Part shown: positions 20,614 to 30,509 of the stretch, piece by piece
Position numbering within the stretch: the first letter of the stretch is position 1
How the letters are laid out: each line of letters opens with the position of its first letter
From: Thermodesulfobacteriota bacterium
Lineage (GTDB): Bacteria; Desulfobacterota; Binatia; Bin18
Direction: 5' to 3'
DNA length: 64,000 nucleotides
Assembly (NCBI GenBank): GCA_964291405.2
Contig: OZ219926.1
Location: 4,032,001 to 4,096,000 of the forward strand
Notes under the pieces: model-generated
Database searches by the model: none
What the model was told of the DNA's origin: nothing
The model's input: the letters and a program-made list of their open reading frames with translations, nothing else
Translations under genes and position numbers: made by a program

Positions 20614-20623
20614 AGCGTGCGAT

Positions 20624-21121
20624 ATGAGGCTGTTTTTTGATCGCATCTTTGTCTTTATAGAGACGCTTGCCGCTGGCGTCTGGATCGGAGCGTTGGTCGG
20701 GTTCGGCTTTGCCGTGGCCGGCACGGTCTTTCAGGAACTGCCCACGATTAACTTGGCCGGAAACGTGAATGCCGCGGTGCTGGCCAAGCTGAACCGCCTC
20801 GAATTTGTTGCGGCCGCGGGGATGGCCGTATCGGCGGTGTATTTCTTGCTGCGTTCTGACTGGTGGACAGCCGTGCGCTTGGTGAAGACGGTGCTCGTTG
20901 TGGTCATGGTTGCCACGCTGATCTATTACGCCTTGGTCGTGAGCGACCGGTTGGAATATCTGCGAGTCGTAGAGATCCAGGATTTTGATAATTTCGATGC
21001 AACAAAACAGAGCTTGCGAGACGAGTTTGCGCGGCTTCACCACCGCTACACCCAACTGGTGAAAGCCAACCTGGGTATGGGGGCACTATATCTCCTGCTC
21101 TCCGCGTTTGAACGGCGCTAG
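20624..21121 (+). CDS. DUF4149/TMEM205-like membrane protein
   Basis: Four hydrophobic helices; FARLHHRY motif. Confidence 0.7.
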   Translation: MRLFFDRIFVFIETLAAGVWIGALVGFGFAVAGTVFQELPTINLAGNVNAAVLAKLNRLEFVAAAGMAVSAVYFLLRSDWWTAVRLVKTVLVVVMVATLIYYALVVSDRLEYLRVVEIQDFDNFDATKQSLRDEFARLHHRYTQLVKANLGMGALYLLLSAFERR

Positions 21122-21124
21122 GGA

Positions 21125-22132
21125 CTATGCTCTCGGCGTGAGGGAGTGGAGTGCGTTGAGGATATTGGCACGCTTTTTTGCCGGGTCGGTTTCAAATGAC
21201 TGCATTTGTAGAAAGACCGTGTCTACCCCGTTATCCAGATAGCGCTGTACCCGCGCTCTCATCTCTTCCGGTGAGCCCTGAATAAACAAGTCCTGTATGA
21301 CCTCCGGCGGCACCGCGGCCACGGCAGCCTTGCGGTCGCCGTTGGCCCACGCTTCCCACATGGGACCCAGCAGCTCCGTCCGACCCAGCCATTGGTGGAA
21401 GGCTTTATACACCGGCACATTCAAATAGGTATTGATATGCCGCCGGATGCCGGTCTCAACCGCTGGACCGGGCGGGTCAACGCTGACAAAAATCCGGGCG
21501 GTGATTTCCACTGCGTCCGGACTGCGACCGGCCGCCTGGGCCGCCTCACGCACGACGGCGACCGACTTTTTGACGTCAGTGGCGGAGAGCCAGTTGATAA
21601 TCGCTCCGTCGGCATACTGCCCGGCGATCCGCAGCATCATCGGTTTCAGCGCACCGACATGGATGGGAATAGGGTGCTGTGGCGGTCGGCTGAACCGAAA
21701 GCCTTTGACCGTAAAGGTCTCGCCCTCAAAGGTGACGCGCTCCCCGGTAAACGCTTGGCGCAGGAAGGTCAGCATTTCTCGGACTCGGACTGCCGGGCGG
21801 GCAAACTTGCCGCCGTTCCAGAATTCGACAATCGGATGCGAACCCGCGCCAATGCCCAGACAAAACCGGTTCGGGGCAAGTTCGGCCAGGCCCGCTGCGC
21901 TCATGGCCAAGGTCGCCGGCCCGCGCGTATACACATTGGCAATCGCCGAGCCCAGCCGCAGGTCGGTTGCCTGGGCAAGGGTGGCTAGTGGGGCAAAACA
22001 ATCGACGCCATCGACCTCCATGGACCAGGCATCCGTATAGCCAGCCTGTTCGGCTTCCCGCGCGATTTCAACATGTTCCGTAAGGCTGAATCCTTCCAGA
22101 GGCACCGATAGCGACCAGCGTTTCTGAGCCAT
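21125..22132 (-). CDS. LLM class (probably F420-dependent) oxidoreductase
   Basis: AE.AGYTDAW, SAIANVYTRGP, RFCLGIGAG, GALKPMML. Confidence 0.88.
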   Translation of the reverse strand: MAQKRWSLSVPLEGFSLTEHVEIAREAEQAGYTDAWSMEVDGVDCFAPLATLAQATDLRLGSAIANVYTRGPATLAMSAAGLAELAPNRFCLGIGAGSHPIVEFWNGGKFARPAVRVREMLTFLRQAFTGERVTFEGETFTVKGFRFSRPPQHPIPIHVGALKPMMLRIAGQYADGAIINWLSATDVKKSVAVVREAAQAAGRSPDAVEITARIFVSVDPPGPAVETGIRRHINTYLNVPVYKAFHQWLGRTELLGPMWEAWANGDRKAAVAAVPPEVIQDLFIQGSPEEMRARVQRYLDNGVDTVFLQMQSFETDPAKKRANILNALHSLTPRA

Positions 22133-22173
22133 GTACAACTCCGTGGTAAATATCCAGTGTCGACTATACCCGC

Positions 22174-22617
22174 TCAGTCGTGTTCGATCCAGTCGATAAG
22201 ATGGTCTTCAAACGCCTCGGGTGGGACGGCATCCTCGGAGACTACTCTGCCTCGGACAGAGATGCCAGCTTGGTGGACGGTCTCGGTGCTGCCAGAGACT
22301 AGGGGGTGCCACCAGGCCAGATCCCGGCCTTCGGCCAGGCGGCGATACGCGCAGGAGTGCGGTAGCCAGCCGATCTTCTGAACATTCTCGGGCGAGAGCC
22401 GTACGCACTCGGGAACGAGTTGGGTCCGCCGCTCATACCGCTTGCAGCGACAGTGGGTGAGGTCGAGCAGCCAGCAGGCCACATTCGTATAATGAGTGGC
22501 CCCGGTCTCACTGTCCTCCAGTTTATTCAGACAGCAGCGTCCACAGCCATCGCACAAAGACTCCCACTCCTGCTGGCTCATAGCCGCGAGTGATTTTGTC
22601 TTCCAGAACGGTTTCAT
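22174..22617 (-). CDS. ycgN: YcgN/UPF0260 cysteine-cluster protein
   Basis: [34 protein letters not shown]. Confidence 0.9.
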   Translation of the reverse strand: MKPFWKTKSLAAMSQQEWESLCDGCGRCCLNKLEDSETGATHYTNVACWLLDLTHCRCKRYERRTQLVPECVRLSPENVQKIGWLPHSCAYRRLAEGRDLAWWHPLVSGSTETVHQAGISVRGRVVSEDAVPPEAFEDHLIDWIEHD

Positions 22618-22686
22618 GGGGGGATTGGGGTTAGGGCGGGAAACCACGGGGTGTTTTCTTCCCTAACCCCCAGTTCCTAGTCCCTT
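22618..22686. repeat. inverted pair of heptamer-like repeats forming a hairpin
   Basis: GGGGTTAGGG (22627-22636) / CCCTAACCCC (22661-22670); units CCCTAAC CCCCAGT TCCTAGT. Confidence 0.55.
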
Positions 22687-22689
22687 ATG

Positions 22690-23079
22690 CTACGGCAACC
22701 GGGCGATGATTTTGATCTCAACCAAGGCACCCGGAAATGCCAGCTCGGTGATACCGATCGCCGTCCAAGCCGAGTAGGGGGCTTCCATGTAGTTGTCTTT
22801 GACCTTCATGAAGGTCTGGATGTTTTTTTGCAGCTCGACGTGAAAGGTCGTCATCTCGACCACATCGTCAAACGATGCGCCAGACGCCTCCAGCGTGGAT
22901 TTGACGTGTTCAAACGCCTGGGTGAACTGCGCTTCGGGATCGTCCGAAACCTTATACCCCTCGCCCACTCCGATCACGCCGGAACAGTAGAGACGATCTC
23001 CATCCTTGATTGCCGGAGCAAAATGAAAATCGTTGTAATAGGCTTCCATTCCCTTTGGGATGACAGCATCTTTGGCCAT
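22690..23079 (-). CDS. RidA/YjgF family protein
   Basis: LYCSGVIG, VVEMTTFHV, PYSAWTAIG, LVEIK. Confidence 0.9.
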   Translation of the reverse strand: MAKDAVIPKGMEAYYNDFHFAPAIKDGDRLYCSGVIGVGEGYKVSDDPEAQFTQAFEHVKSTLEASGASFDDVVEMTTFHVELQKNIQTFMKVKDNYMEAPYSAWTAIGITELAFPGALVEIKIIARLP

Positions 23080-23177
23080 ACGTTCTCCTTTCCGCTATTC
23101 GAGTTCGGCTCAGACCTTAGCATCATGTGGAAGGAGTTGAAACGGCTTGTGAGCGCGGTAGCGCTCAGTATCACATA

Positions 23178-23696
23178 TTAGGGTGTAGCCGGTTCGTCCG
23201 GCTGGGGAGCTGCCCGGAAGCTGGCAGCCCAGAGCAGAACGACGCCGCCCATTATGGCGACATCGGCGATATTGAAAATACCCGTTCGGAGTGAACCCAG
23301 ACCGAGGTTCAGAAAATCGATGACGCTGCCGTCGTGCACCAGCCGGTCAATCATATTCCCCAGTCCTCCGGCCAGGACGCACGAGAGCGCAATGAACGAA
23401 AGACGCGGAAGCTGCCATTGCACGATGAGGAAGATGGCCAAGCCCAGGAGCAGTACGGCGGTCGCAACGGTGAGCAGCCAGAAGCGTAGTTCGGGGGATA
23501 GGCTATTGCCGAGTCCGAGAAAAGCACCCTGATTCTCCGCATATTGTAGACGAACAAGGTCGTGCATGAAGGAGATGGGCAGCATTCCGCGGAGCTGTTG
23601 GGCGGCAATCTGTTTAGTGGCTTGATCGCAGCCCACGCCGGTCATGACAATCAGCACGGCCAGCAGGAACCGTGCCCGTTTGGTGACGGCTGTCAT
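23178..23696 (-). CDS. lspA: signal peptidase II (lipoprotein)
   Basis: DQATK, ENQGAF, GGLGNMIDR, VIDF, FNIAD. Confidence 0.92.
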   Translation of the reverse strand: MTAVTKRARFLLAVLIVMTGVGCDQATKQIAAQQLRGMLPISFMHDLVRLQYAENQGAFLGLGNSLSPELRFWLLTVATAVLLLGLAIFLIVQWQLPRLSFIALSCVLAGGLGNMIDRLVHDGSVIDFLNLGLGSLRTGIFNIADVAIMGGVVLLWAASFRAAPQPDEPATP

Positions 23697-23739
23697 ACGT
23701 CTCCCATCAGCCTAGGCCGAGGCCCGAGCCGGACAGCCA

Positions 23740-24552
23740 TTAGCTGCCGGCACTGATTTGATCGATGATTTTCTGGGCATTGGCATGGCCCTGTTCGGCC
23801 GCTTTGCGCAACCAGTCGATGCCGGTGTCATCGTCCTTGGCCACTCCCCGGCCTTCCAGATACATGGCCCCCAGGTTGTACTGCGCGCCGGAATGGCCTC
23901 GCTCTGCGGCCTGGCGGAACCAATGGGCTGCTTCTGCATCGTCCTGCTCCGTGCCTCGACCGGCGAAGTAGATGGTGCCAAGATTGAACAGCGCTCCCGG
24001 ATGGGCCTGGTCTGCGGCTTTGAGGTACCAGCCTCTCGCCTTGGTCAGGTCTTGCTCCAGGCCGTAGCCGTTATCATACAGCACGCCGAGATTGTACTGG
24101 GCCTCGGCATGGCTCTCGTCAGCCGCGCTCCGTAACCAAATGGCGGCGGTGGCATAATCCTGCTCAACACCGCCGCCCTGGATATAGAGCATGCCTAGGC
24201 GGTACTGGGCTTTCGTATGTCCGCTCTCGGCCGCTTTTTGAAACCACTTGGCGGCTTCCTGCTTCGCCCGGTCGCTATTACTCCCGGCGAAATACAAGAG
24301 GCCCAGATTATATTGTGAGCCGACGTGCCCTTGCTTAGCGGCCCGGCGAAACCATCTGACGGCTTCCTTGGCGTCTTGCTCGACGTCCTCGCCTTTGACG
24401 TACATGACGCCCAGGCTGTTTTGCGCTCGGGCGCTGCCCTCTTCCGCCGCTTTTCGGACCTCATCAATGTCTGCTGCATGCCCGAACGGTTGGAAGAAGC
24501 TGAGCACTCCAAGGACCAAGCCAGCCCGAGCGAATCGTACGAGCGTTTTCAT
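23740..24552 (-). CDS. secreted Sel1-repeat protein
   Basis: Signal peptide; about six AQYNLG..Y..G.GV..D...A..W...AA..G repeats. Confidence 0.92.
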   Translation of the reverse strand: MKTLVRFARAGLVLGVLSFFQPFGHAADIDEVRKAAEEGSARAQNSLGVMYVKGEDVEQDAKEAVRWFRRAAKQGHVGSQYNLGLLYFAGSNSDRAKQEAAKWFQKAAESGHTKAQYRLGMLYIQGGGVEQDYATAAIWLRSAADESHAEAQYNLGVLYDNGYGLEQDLTKARGWYLKAADQAHPGALFNLGTIYFAGRGTEQDDAEAAHWFRQAAERGHSGAQYNLGAMYLEGRGVAKDDDTGIDWLRKAAEQGHANAQKIIDQISAGS

Positions 24553-24655
24553 AGCGCCTCCTTACGTCACACCCACCACAGATAATCAAAATGAAAGCAC
24601 GACTCAATATACTCCTGACCGGTCTGTCAACCTCGTCTCAACTCCCCGGTTCGGT

Positions 24656-24684
24656 TTGACGGCCGTCTATCCGGTCGTTAGACT
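24656..24684 (+). promoter_or_regulatory. putative sigma70 promoter for the permease gene
   Basis: TTGACG-N17-TAGACT ending 9 nt before ATG 24694. Confidence 0.45.
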
Positions 24685-24693
24685 GCCCGCCGT

Positions 24694-26274
24694 ATGCGCG
24701 AAGATTCGGATGGGCGGGGAGGTGCCTGGACGCTGCGCGGGCTGCGCGCCGTGTTTGTTCGGGGCGATATTGACGGCTTCTTTGGGCTGTTTATCGACAA
24801 TCTCTTGCAACTCATGCTGATCGCCGTGCTGTGTCCGTTGGTGTGTGGCCTTCCTCAAGAGCTGGTGATTGGCCGCATCCTGCCTGGGGCGGCACTGTCC
24901 ATTCTGTTCGGTAATATCTTTTACGCCTGGCAAGCCCGGCGGTTGATGCTGCAAACCGGGCGTAACGATGTGACGGCTCTCCCCTACGGCATCAACACGC
25001 CGAGCTGTTTTGCCTACATCTTCCTCATCATGGGGCCGGTTTATCAGGAAACGCAAGACCCAACCCTCGCCTGGCAGGTCGGATTGTTGGCCTGTCTGCT
25101 CAGTGGGGTGATGGAAACGGCCGGTGCTTTTGTGGGGGACTGGCTACGTCGGCATACACCGCGGGCGGCCCTACTGACGGCTTTGGCCGGTGTTGCAATT
25201 ACGTTTATTGCCGTCGGTTTTGTCTTCCAGATTTTTGCCTACCCACTGATTGCGGTTGTACCTATGATGATGATCCTGACCGCCTATGCGTCACGTCGGA
25301 CCTTCCCTGGCGGTTTGCCTGGCGGCTTGGTTGCCGTGCTGACGGGTGTCGTCCTGGCGTGGGGGCTGCGCCTGCTGGGGATATCCGTCTTTGAACCGCC
25401 GGCAGAACAGTACGCGCTGGCGCTGCATGTGCCGACACCGGTCCCGTCCGACCTCTTTGCTCTGCTGACCAGTGAGCGGGGCTGGCAGTATCTGGCCATT
25501 ATTTTTCCTATGGGGCTGTTTAATGTGATTGGCTCGTTGCAGAATCTGGAAAGTGCGGAGGCCGCCGGTGATCGCTATGAAACCAAACCCTCCCTGGTCG
25601 CCAATGGCGTCGGGACGCTCCTAGCTGCCTTCTTTGGGAGCCCGTTTCCCACGACTATTTATATTGGGCACCCGGCCTGGAAGGCGATGGGCGCGCGGGT
25701 TGGCTACTCGGCGATCAATGGGGTTGTCATCTGGCTGCTGTGTCTGGTCGGCGGCATGACGGTGATTCTTCACATTGTCCCGATCGAAGCGACGCTGGGT
25801 ATTCTGCTCTGGATCGGTATCATTATGACGGCCCAGGCATTTCAGGCCGTCCCTCAATCGCACGCGCTCGCGGTTGCCTTCGGGCTGATTCCCGCGCTGG
25901 CCACCTGGGCTTTGCAGTTGATCGAAACCAGTCTCCGCAAAGCCGGCGCTTCGCTCTTCGACATCGCGCCAAAGTTTGGAGGCGATCTATACATCCACGG
26001 GGTGATTGCCCTCAGCCAGGGCTTTCTGCTGAGCGCCATGATCCTGGCGGCCATTCTGGTCTTTATTATCGAACGCCAATTTCTCAGCGCGGCGGCTTGG
26101 CTGCTGGTCGCCGCGGCCCTGTCTTTTGTCGGGGTGATCCACGCCTATGAACTGACTCCCGTGGGAGTTCAGAATGCGTTTGGTTTTGCTGCCGCGCCGG
26201 AATTTGCATTCGCATACGGGCTGAGTGCCGGTCTGCTGGTCATATTCCATCTGATGCAGGACCAAAAAGAGTAA
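24694..26274 (+). CDS. NCS2/AzgA-related nucleobase permease
   Basis: GDIDGFFGL, TALPYGINTP, QNLESAEAAGD, PFPTTIYIGHP; many TM helices. Confidence 0.8.
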   Translation: MREDSDGRGGAWTLRGLRAVFVRGDIDGFFGLFIDNLLQLMLIAVLCPLVCGLPQELVIGRILPGAALSILFGNIFYAWQARRLMLQTGRNDVTALPYGINTPSCFAYIFLIMGPVYQETQDPTLAWQVGLLACLLSGVMETAGAFVGDWLRRHTPRAALLTALAGVAITFIAVGFVFQIFAYPLIAVVPMMMILTAYASRRTFPGGLPGGLVAVLTGVVLAWGLRLLGISVFEPPAEQYALALHVPTPVPSDLFALLTSERGWQYLAIIFPMGLFNVIGSLQNLESAEAAGDRYETKPSLVANGVGTLLAAFFGSPFPTTIYIGHPAWKAMGARVGYSAINGVVIWLLCLVGGMTVILHIVPIEATLGILLWIGIIMTAQAFQAVPQSHALAVAFGLIPALATWALQLIETSLRKAGASLFDIAPKFGGDLYIHGVIALSQGFLLSAMILAAILVFIIERQFLSAAAWLLVAAALSFVGVIHAYELTPVGVQNAFGFAAAPEFAFAYGLSAGLLVIFHLMQDQKE

Positions 26275-26320
26275 ACGTATCCTCCCATAAACATGCAGAT
26301 GCTGGACACGTTTACTCTTT
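26266..26320. terminator. inverted repeat between convergent genes (probable bidirectional terminator)
   Basis: AAAGAGTAAACGT (26266-26278) / ACGTTTACTCTTT (26308-26320), perfect 13-bp arms. Confidence 0.55.
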
Positions 26321-26341
26321 CAGACACCTGAGGCGTTCTTC

Positions 26342-28042
26342 TTAACTATACGCCTCGGTAAATGCCTGTCGTTGCTGCGTACTGCCCAGCATGATGAGTT
26401 CGCTTTCTTTCTGGAGCTTTGTTGAGGCTGACGGATTGGTGATGAGGCTCCCGTTGTGTTGGATACCAATCACGTTCAGCCCCGTTCGCGCCCCAATTCC
26501 GCTGTCGGATAAGGTCAAGCCTGCCAACATCCGTGGCAGTGAGACTGCAAATAGCTCGACTCCCTCGCCCAAGAGCCCTAACTCGCGGCCTTGCAGCAGG
26601 GAGAGGGCCTGCTCAATACCAAGTGAAGAGTAGCTCAAGGCGAAGTCCGCGCCGGCGCGATGGATGGCTTCGAGATTCCTTTCGTGGGTAATGCGGCTGA
26701 CGATGCGTAATTCAGGATTGAGGCGGCGACAGTAGACTGCGAGGTAGATGTTCATGGCGTCGTCGTTTGTGGTCAGCAGGACGGCCGGGGCATCCTGCAA
26801 GCCGGCGCGCATCAGGACTTCTCGGTCGGCGGCATCACCGATAAAGAGTTGATCCGGGATGTGTTCGATCCGTTCCCGAAAGGATTCGTCATTCTCAACC
26901 AGATGAACCGGGATATCCTTGCGCTTCAGGGCCTCGGCGGCGGCACAGCCGACCTTGCCTCCCCCAATGACCAGGATTGGACTGTAATTGGTATCGTAAA
27001 TGACAAGCAGGGTGTCGAGTTCCAGCATTTGTTCTTCCGAGCCGACAGCGACCATCACACTGGTGTTGGAGAGGTAGGTGTCGGGAGTCGCCGGCAATAA
27101 ACGACCCCGTTCCCAAATCCCAACAATATTGAGCCCGATGACCTCACGCAGCCGTGTTTCACGGATCGTCCGGCCAGCCAAGGGGGTATTGTGGACAGGA
27201 AACTCTGCCACCTGGAGGTCGCGAAAACTGCCGATCACATGGGCCTGGGCGTGCCCGATGTTAATGCGGTTGGTGAGACGTTCTCCCAGGCGCTGCTTGA
27301 GGGGAACCACGTGTGTACAACCGCTCAGCTCGAGGATATCAACAGAGTCTTTTTCCTCGACCGTTGCCATGATGGGGATATCCGGGGCAACCTCCCGAAC
27401 GTTCAGGGCAATATTCGTGTTGACGGTGTCCGCGCTGTTCGCAACGATCAACCGTGCTTGGGGAGCTCGGACTTTCTCGTAGGTCTCACGGCTATCGATC
27501 TCACCAGCAATGGCCGAAATACCGTCCTCATACATGCGGGCGGCGGTCGCTGGATCGGGCTCAAGAACATAATAGGGGATGTCTTGGAGGCGGAGTTGTT
27601 CGATGAGGCCGGGAGCAATGGTGTCGTAGGTACAGATGATGACGTGTCCCTGGGTATCGGGCGGTACTTCGCGCGGGGCCTGGAACCGTATCTGCGCTTC
27701 CAGCCAGGGAGCGTAAAAGAAGCGGATAAAGGTAAAGGGCAGGACGATGAGCAGCAGGACAATCCCGGAGAGCAGCACCACAATGCTGAAAAACCGCCCA
27801 ATATCGCTATGAAAAGTAATGTCGCCAAATCCGAGCGTACTCATCACCGTCAGGGTCCAATAGACCCCAGTCAGCCACGAATGATCCTGCCCTTCCGCGT
27901 GCAGCATGATCACGTGGAAGAGGATAGAGAAGAGCAGAATAATCCCGACCAAAAAGGCGGCGAATTTGAGGAGCGCGCTAATATTCCGGCGCGTTGCCGG
28001 CTCATTCAGAAAATAGGCGAGTTGCGTGCCGAGCAGCTTCAT
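26342..28042 (-). CDS. potassium channel protein with tandem TrkA-N/TrkA-C (RCK) domains
   Basis: Selectivity filter TMSTLGFGD-like (VMSTLGFGDI); two RCK units, IGGGKVG. Confidence 0.9.
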   Translation of the reverse strand: MKLLGTQLAYFLNEPATRRNISALLKFAAFLVGIILLFSILFHVIMLHAEGQDHSWLTGVYWTLTVMSTLGFGDITFHSDIGRFFSIVVLLSGIVLLLIVLPFTFIRFFYAPWLEAQIRFQAPREVPPDTQGHVIICTYDTIAPGLIEQLRLQDIPYYVLEPDPATAARMYEDGISAIAGEIDSRETYEKVRAPQARLIVANSADTVNTNIALNVREVAPDIPIMATVEEKDSVDILELSGCTHVVPLKQRLGERLTNRINIGHAQAHVIGSFRDLQVAEFPVHNTPLAGRTIRETRLREVIGLNIVGIWERGRLLPATPDTYLSNTSVMVAVGSEEQMLELDTLLVIYDTNYSPILVIGGGKVGCAAAEALKRKDIPVHLVENDESFRERIEHIPDQLFIGDAADREVLMRAGLQDAPAVLLTTNDDAMNIYLAVYCRRLNPELRIVSRITHERNLEAIHRAGADFALSYSSLGIEQALSLLQGRELGLLGEGVELFAVSLPRMLAGLTLSDSGIGARTGLNVIGIQHNGSLITNPSASTKLQKESELIMLGSTQQRQAFTEAYS

Positions 28043-28148
28043 GAGAGATTTCAACCAAGCAAAAGACCGGGGGGGCAGTCAAGGGCTGGTCGTGAGACAG
28101 GAACGCGCCTGTGGGTCGCCGGTTTGTGTAGGAGACGCGACTGGTGAA

Positions 28149-28742
28149 TTACTGCGCCGGCACCAGTTGGATGTCGATTGTGATCTCGACCTCCTCGCCG
28201 ATCGCCACCCCGCCCGACTCCAGGACCGAGTTGCGGCTGAGCCCATAGTCGGTACGATTGATCGTTGTAGTGGCAGCCCCACCCAGGCGAGGCTTGCCCC
28301 GGAGGTCGGTGACGGCCTGGGGCGAGCCGGTCACCTCGAGCACGACCTCTCTGGTGACGCCCATGAGGGTCAGCTCTCCGGTGACCTTATAGCTGTAGTC
28401 CTGTATTTTTTCGACCGCCTTTGATTTGAAGGTGATGGTCGGATGTTTGGTCGCATCAAAGAAATCCGGCCCGCGTAAATGGTCGTCCCGCTTCTGGTTG
28501 CGGGTATTAATGGAGGCCACCTCGATGGAGGCGTCCACCGAGGAACGACTGATATCGTCCTCGTCTATGATTGCGGTCACGTCGAACTTGTCGAACGTGC
28601 CGCGCACGGTGGCGACCATCAAATGCCTCACGGCAAATTGTACACTGGCATGCGCCGAGTCACTCTTCCAGGTTGCCGCCTGGCTCAGACTTGGAACCAG
28701 AAGTACGATGCTGACCAGTGCTGCCACAATTGTCCGTCGCAT
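28149..28742 (-). CDS. YceI family lipid/polyisoprenoid-binding protein
   Basis: Signal peptide; FAVRHLMV, RDDHLRGPDFFD, GELTLMGVT. Confidence 0.92.
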   Translation of the reverse strand: MRRTIVAALVSIVLLVPSLSQAATWKSDSAHASVQFAVRHLMVATVRGTFDKFDVTAIIDEDDISRSSVDASIEVASINTRNQKRDDHLRGPDFFDATKHPTITFKSKAVEKIQDYSYKVTGELTLMGVTREVVLEVTGSPQAVTDLRGKPRLGGAATTTINRTDYGLSRNSVLESGGVAIGEEVEITIDIQLVPAQ

Positions 28743-28900
28743 AGACTGCTCCTTCTCTCTGGCGCGGAGAGCGCTGCCTCTGTGTGCTTTGGTACGGTCG
28801 GACCACAGCCCTCCTGCGTCGCCTAGGCAAATTCCCTACCAAGCCCGATTAGGGGAAGCAATCCCATATCTTTGCCACTACCAGAGAGGGACGGATCGTA

Positions 28901-30481
28901 TCAGCTTGGCGACCCGGTCGTATCCCATCCTCCGCCGAGCGCCGTGTACAAGGCGACGACGTGAGAGGCGAGCGCGGTTTGGCTTTGGGCAAAGGCATCC
29001 TGGGCCGTATGGAGCGCACGGCGGGCCAGGGCGACGCTCAGATAGTTTTCCAGTCCACTCAGATAGCGATCAGTGGCAATCTCGACTGCATCGGTGTGCG
29101 CGGCGACCGATGCGGTCAGCCATTGCTGGCGGGCCTGCTCTTTGCTGTACGCTACGAGGGCATTCTCAACCTCTTCGAGCCCGGTAAGAATCATTTGCTC
29201 ATAATGGGCGAGGGCCTGTGCTTGGCGAGCGTCCTGCACCTTGATGGCGGCCCGGATGCGGCCCGCATCGAAAACCGGCCAGCTCAGCGCAGGGCCGGTG
29301 GCCCAGGACAGGCCCGCACCTTTGGCTAGGTCTGTCACATCCAAGCCCTGCGTCCCCAGTCGCCCGGTCAATGTCAGCCGCGGGAAGAGGTCGGTGGTGG
29401 CCACCCCAACTCGCGCGGTGGCCGCCTCCAGTTCACGTTCGGCCTGCCGAATATCGGGACGCCGGCGTAAGAGCTCGGACGGCAGTCCGATATCACTGGC
29501 CAGGTCGGCATGCGGGATCGGATGGTCCTGGGAGAGGGAGGACCTAAAAGCCGTGGGCGGCTCGCCCACCAGGACGCTTAGACGGTGGAGGGTCCGTTTG
29601 ACTGTGGTTTGAAGGGGAGGAACCTGAGCGCGGATATTCGCCAGTAGGGCCTCGGCTTCGGCCGCGTCTAACGCGCTTGTCAGGCCGGCTTGATAGCGAG
29701 ACTGCGTGACCTCAACCGAATCTTGCTGAGCCTGAATATGCCGCTCGGCAATACGGAGCCGCTGTTGCGCGCCACGGAGTGCAATATAGTTGCGTGCGAT
29801 CTCGGCCAGCAGCGCCACCAGCACCGTGCGACGATGTTCTTCGGCCGCGCTGATATCGGCGCTCAACGCCTGCTCGGCCCAATGCAGGCGACCAAACAGG
29901 TCAATCTCCCAGCTTGCGTCCAGGCCCATCTGGTAGAAATTCCGTTCTTGTCCAAAGCCCAATGACGTCCCAACCGGACTCTCGCTATTGTCCGTGCGGG
30001 TGGACTCGTCATCAAGAAAATTGGACGACAGCGAGGTAGTCGTACGGCTGCTCAGACTGCGCGTATACGACGTAGCCGAACCGAGGCGCGGCCAGCGGGG
30101 AGCCAGGGCGACCAGCCGTGAAGCGCGCGCCTCCTGAATCCGTGCGGTAGCTTCCTGGATATCTCGATTCTGGCTGATCCCCCGTTCGATCAGGACCTGG
30201 AGCCCGGGGTCTTGAAAGGTTTTCCACCAGCGCGCGAGCTCTACCGGTTGCGTGCTGGCAGCTGGTTCAGGCTGCTCACTCCACGTCTCTGGAAGCGTGA
30301 CCGAGGCAACCGGCCGCTTTGGGGTCACCGTGCAACCGACGACTAGGCAGAAGAGGAGGGGGAGGACCCATACGAAGGAGGGCTGCACGAGATTCTCCGG
30401 TCTTCGCGAACTCCAATCAGAGCCAAGGAACGGAAGCCGCGAAACGGCAGACATCCGGCGTCGTGTTAGCGTCCTCTGCAT
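28901..30481 (-). CDS. efflux outer membrane factor (TolC/NodT family lipoprotein)
   Basis: Lipobox VVGC, WEIDLFGR, RRPDIRQAE, LYTALGGGW; start uncertain. Confidence 0.9.
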   Translation of the reverse strand: MQRTLTRRRMSAVSRLPFLGSDWSSRRPENLVQPSFVWVLPLLFCLVVGCTVTPKRPVASVTLPETWSEQPEPAASTQPVELARWWKTFQDPGLQVLIERGISQNRDIQEATARIQEARASRLVALAPRWPRLGSATSYTRSLSSRTTTSLSSNFLDDESTRTDNSESPVGTSLGFGQERNFYQMGLDASWEIDLFGRLHWAEQALSADISAAEEHRRTVLVALLAEIARNYIALRGAQQRLRIAERHIQAQQDSVEVTQSRYQAGLTSALDAAEAEALLANIRAQVPPLQTTVKRTLHRLSVLVGEPPTAFRSSLSQDHPIPHADLASDIGLPSELLRRRPDIRQAERELEAATARVGVATTDLFPRLTLTGRLGTQGLDVTDLAKGAGLSWATGPALSWPVFDAGRIRAAIKVQDARQAQALAHYEQMILTGLEEVENALVAYSKEQARQQWLTASVAAHTDAVEIATDRYLSGLENYLSVALARRALHTAQDAFAQSQTALASHVVALYTALGGGWDTTGSPS

Positions 30482-30509
30482 GCCGTCTTCCTTATCACGT
30501 GCTCGGGTT

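Noticed and set aside
27191-28147. 318-aa plus-strand ORF
   Set aside because: Antisense shadow of the potassium channel gene.
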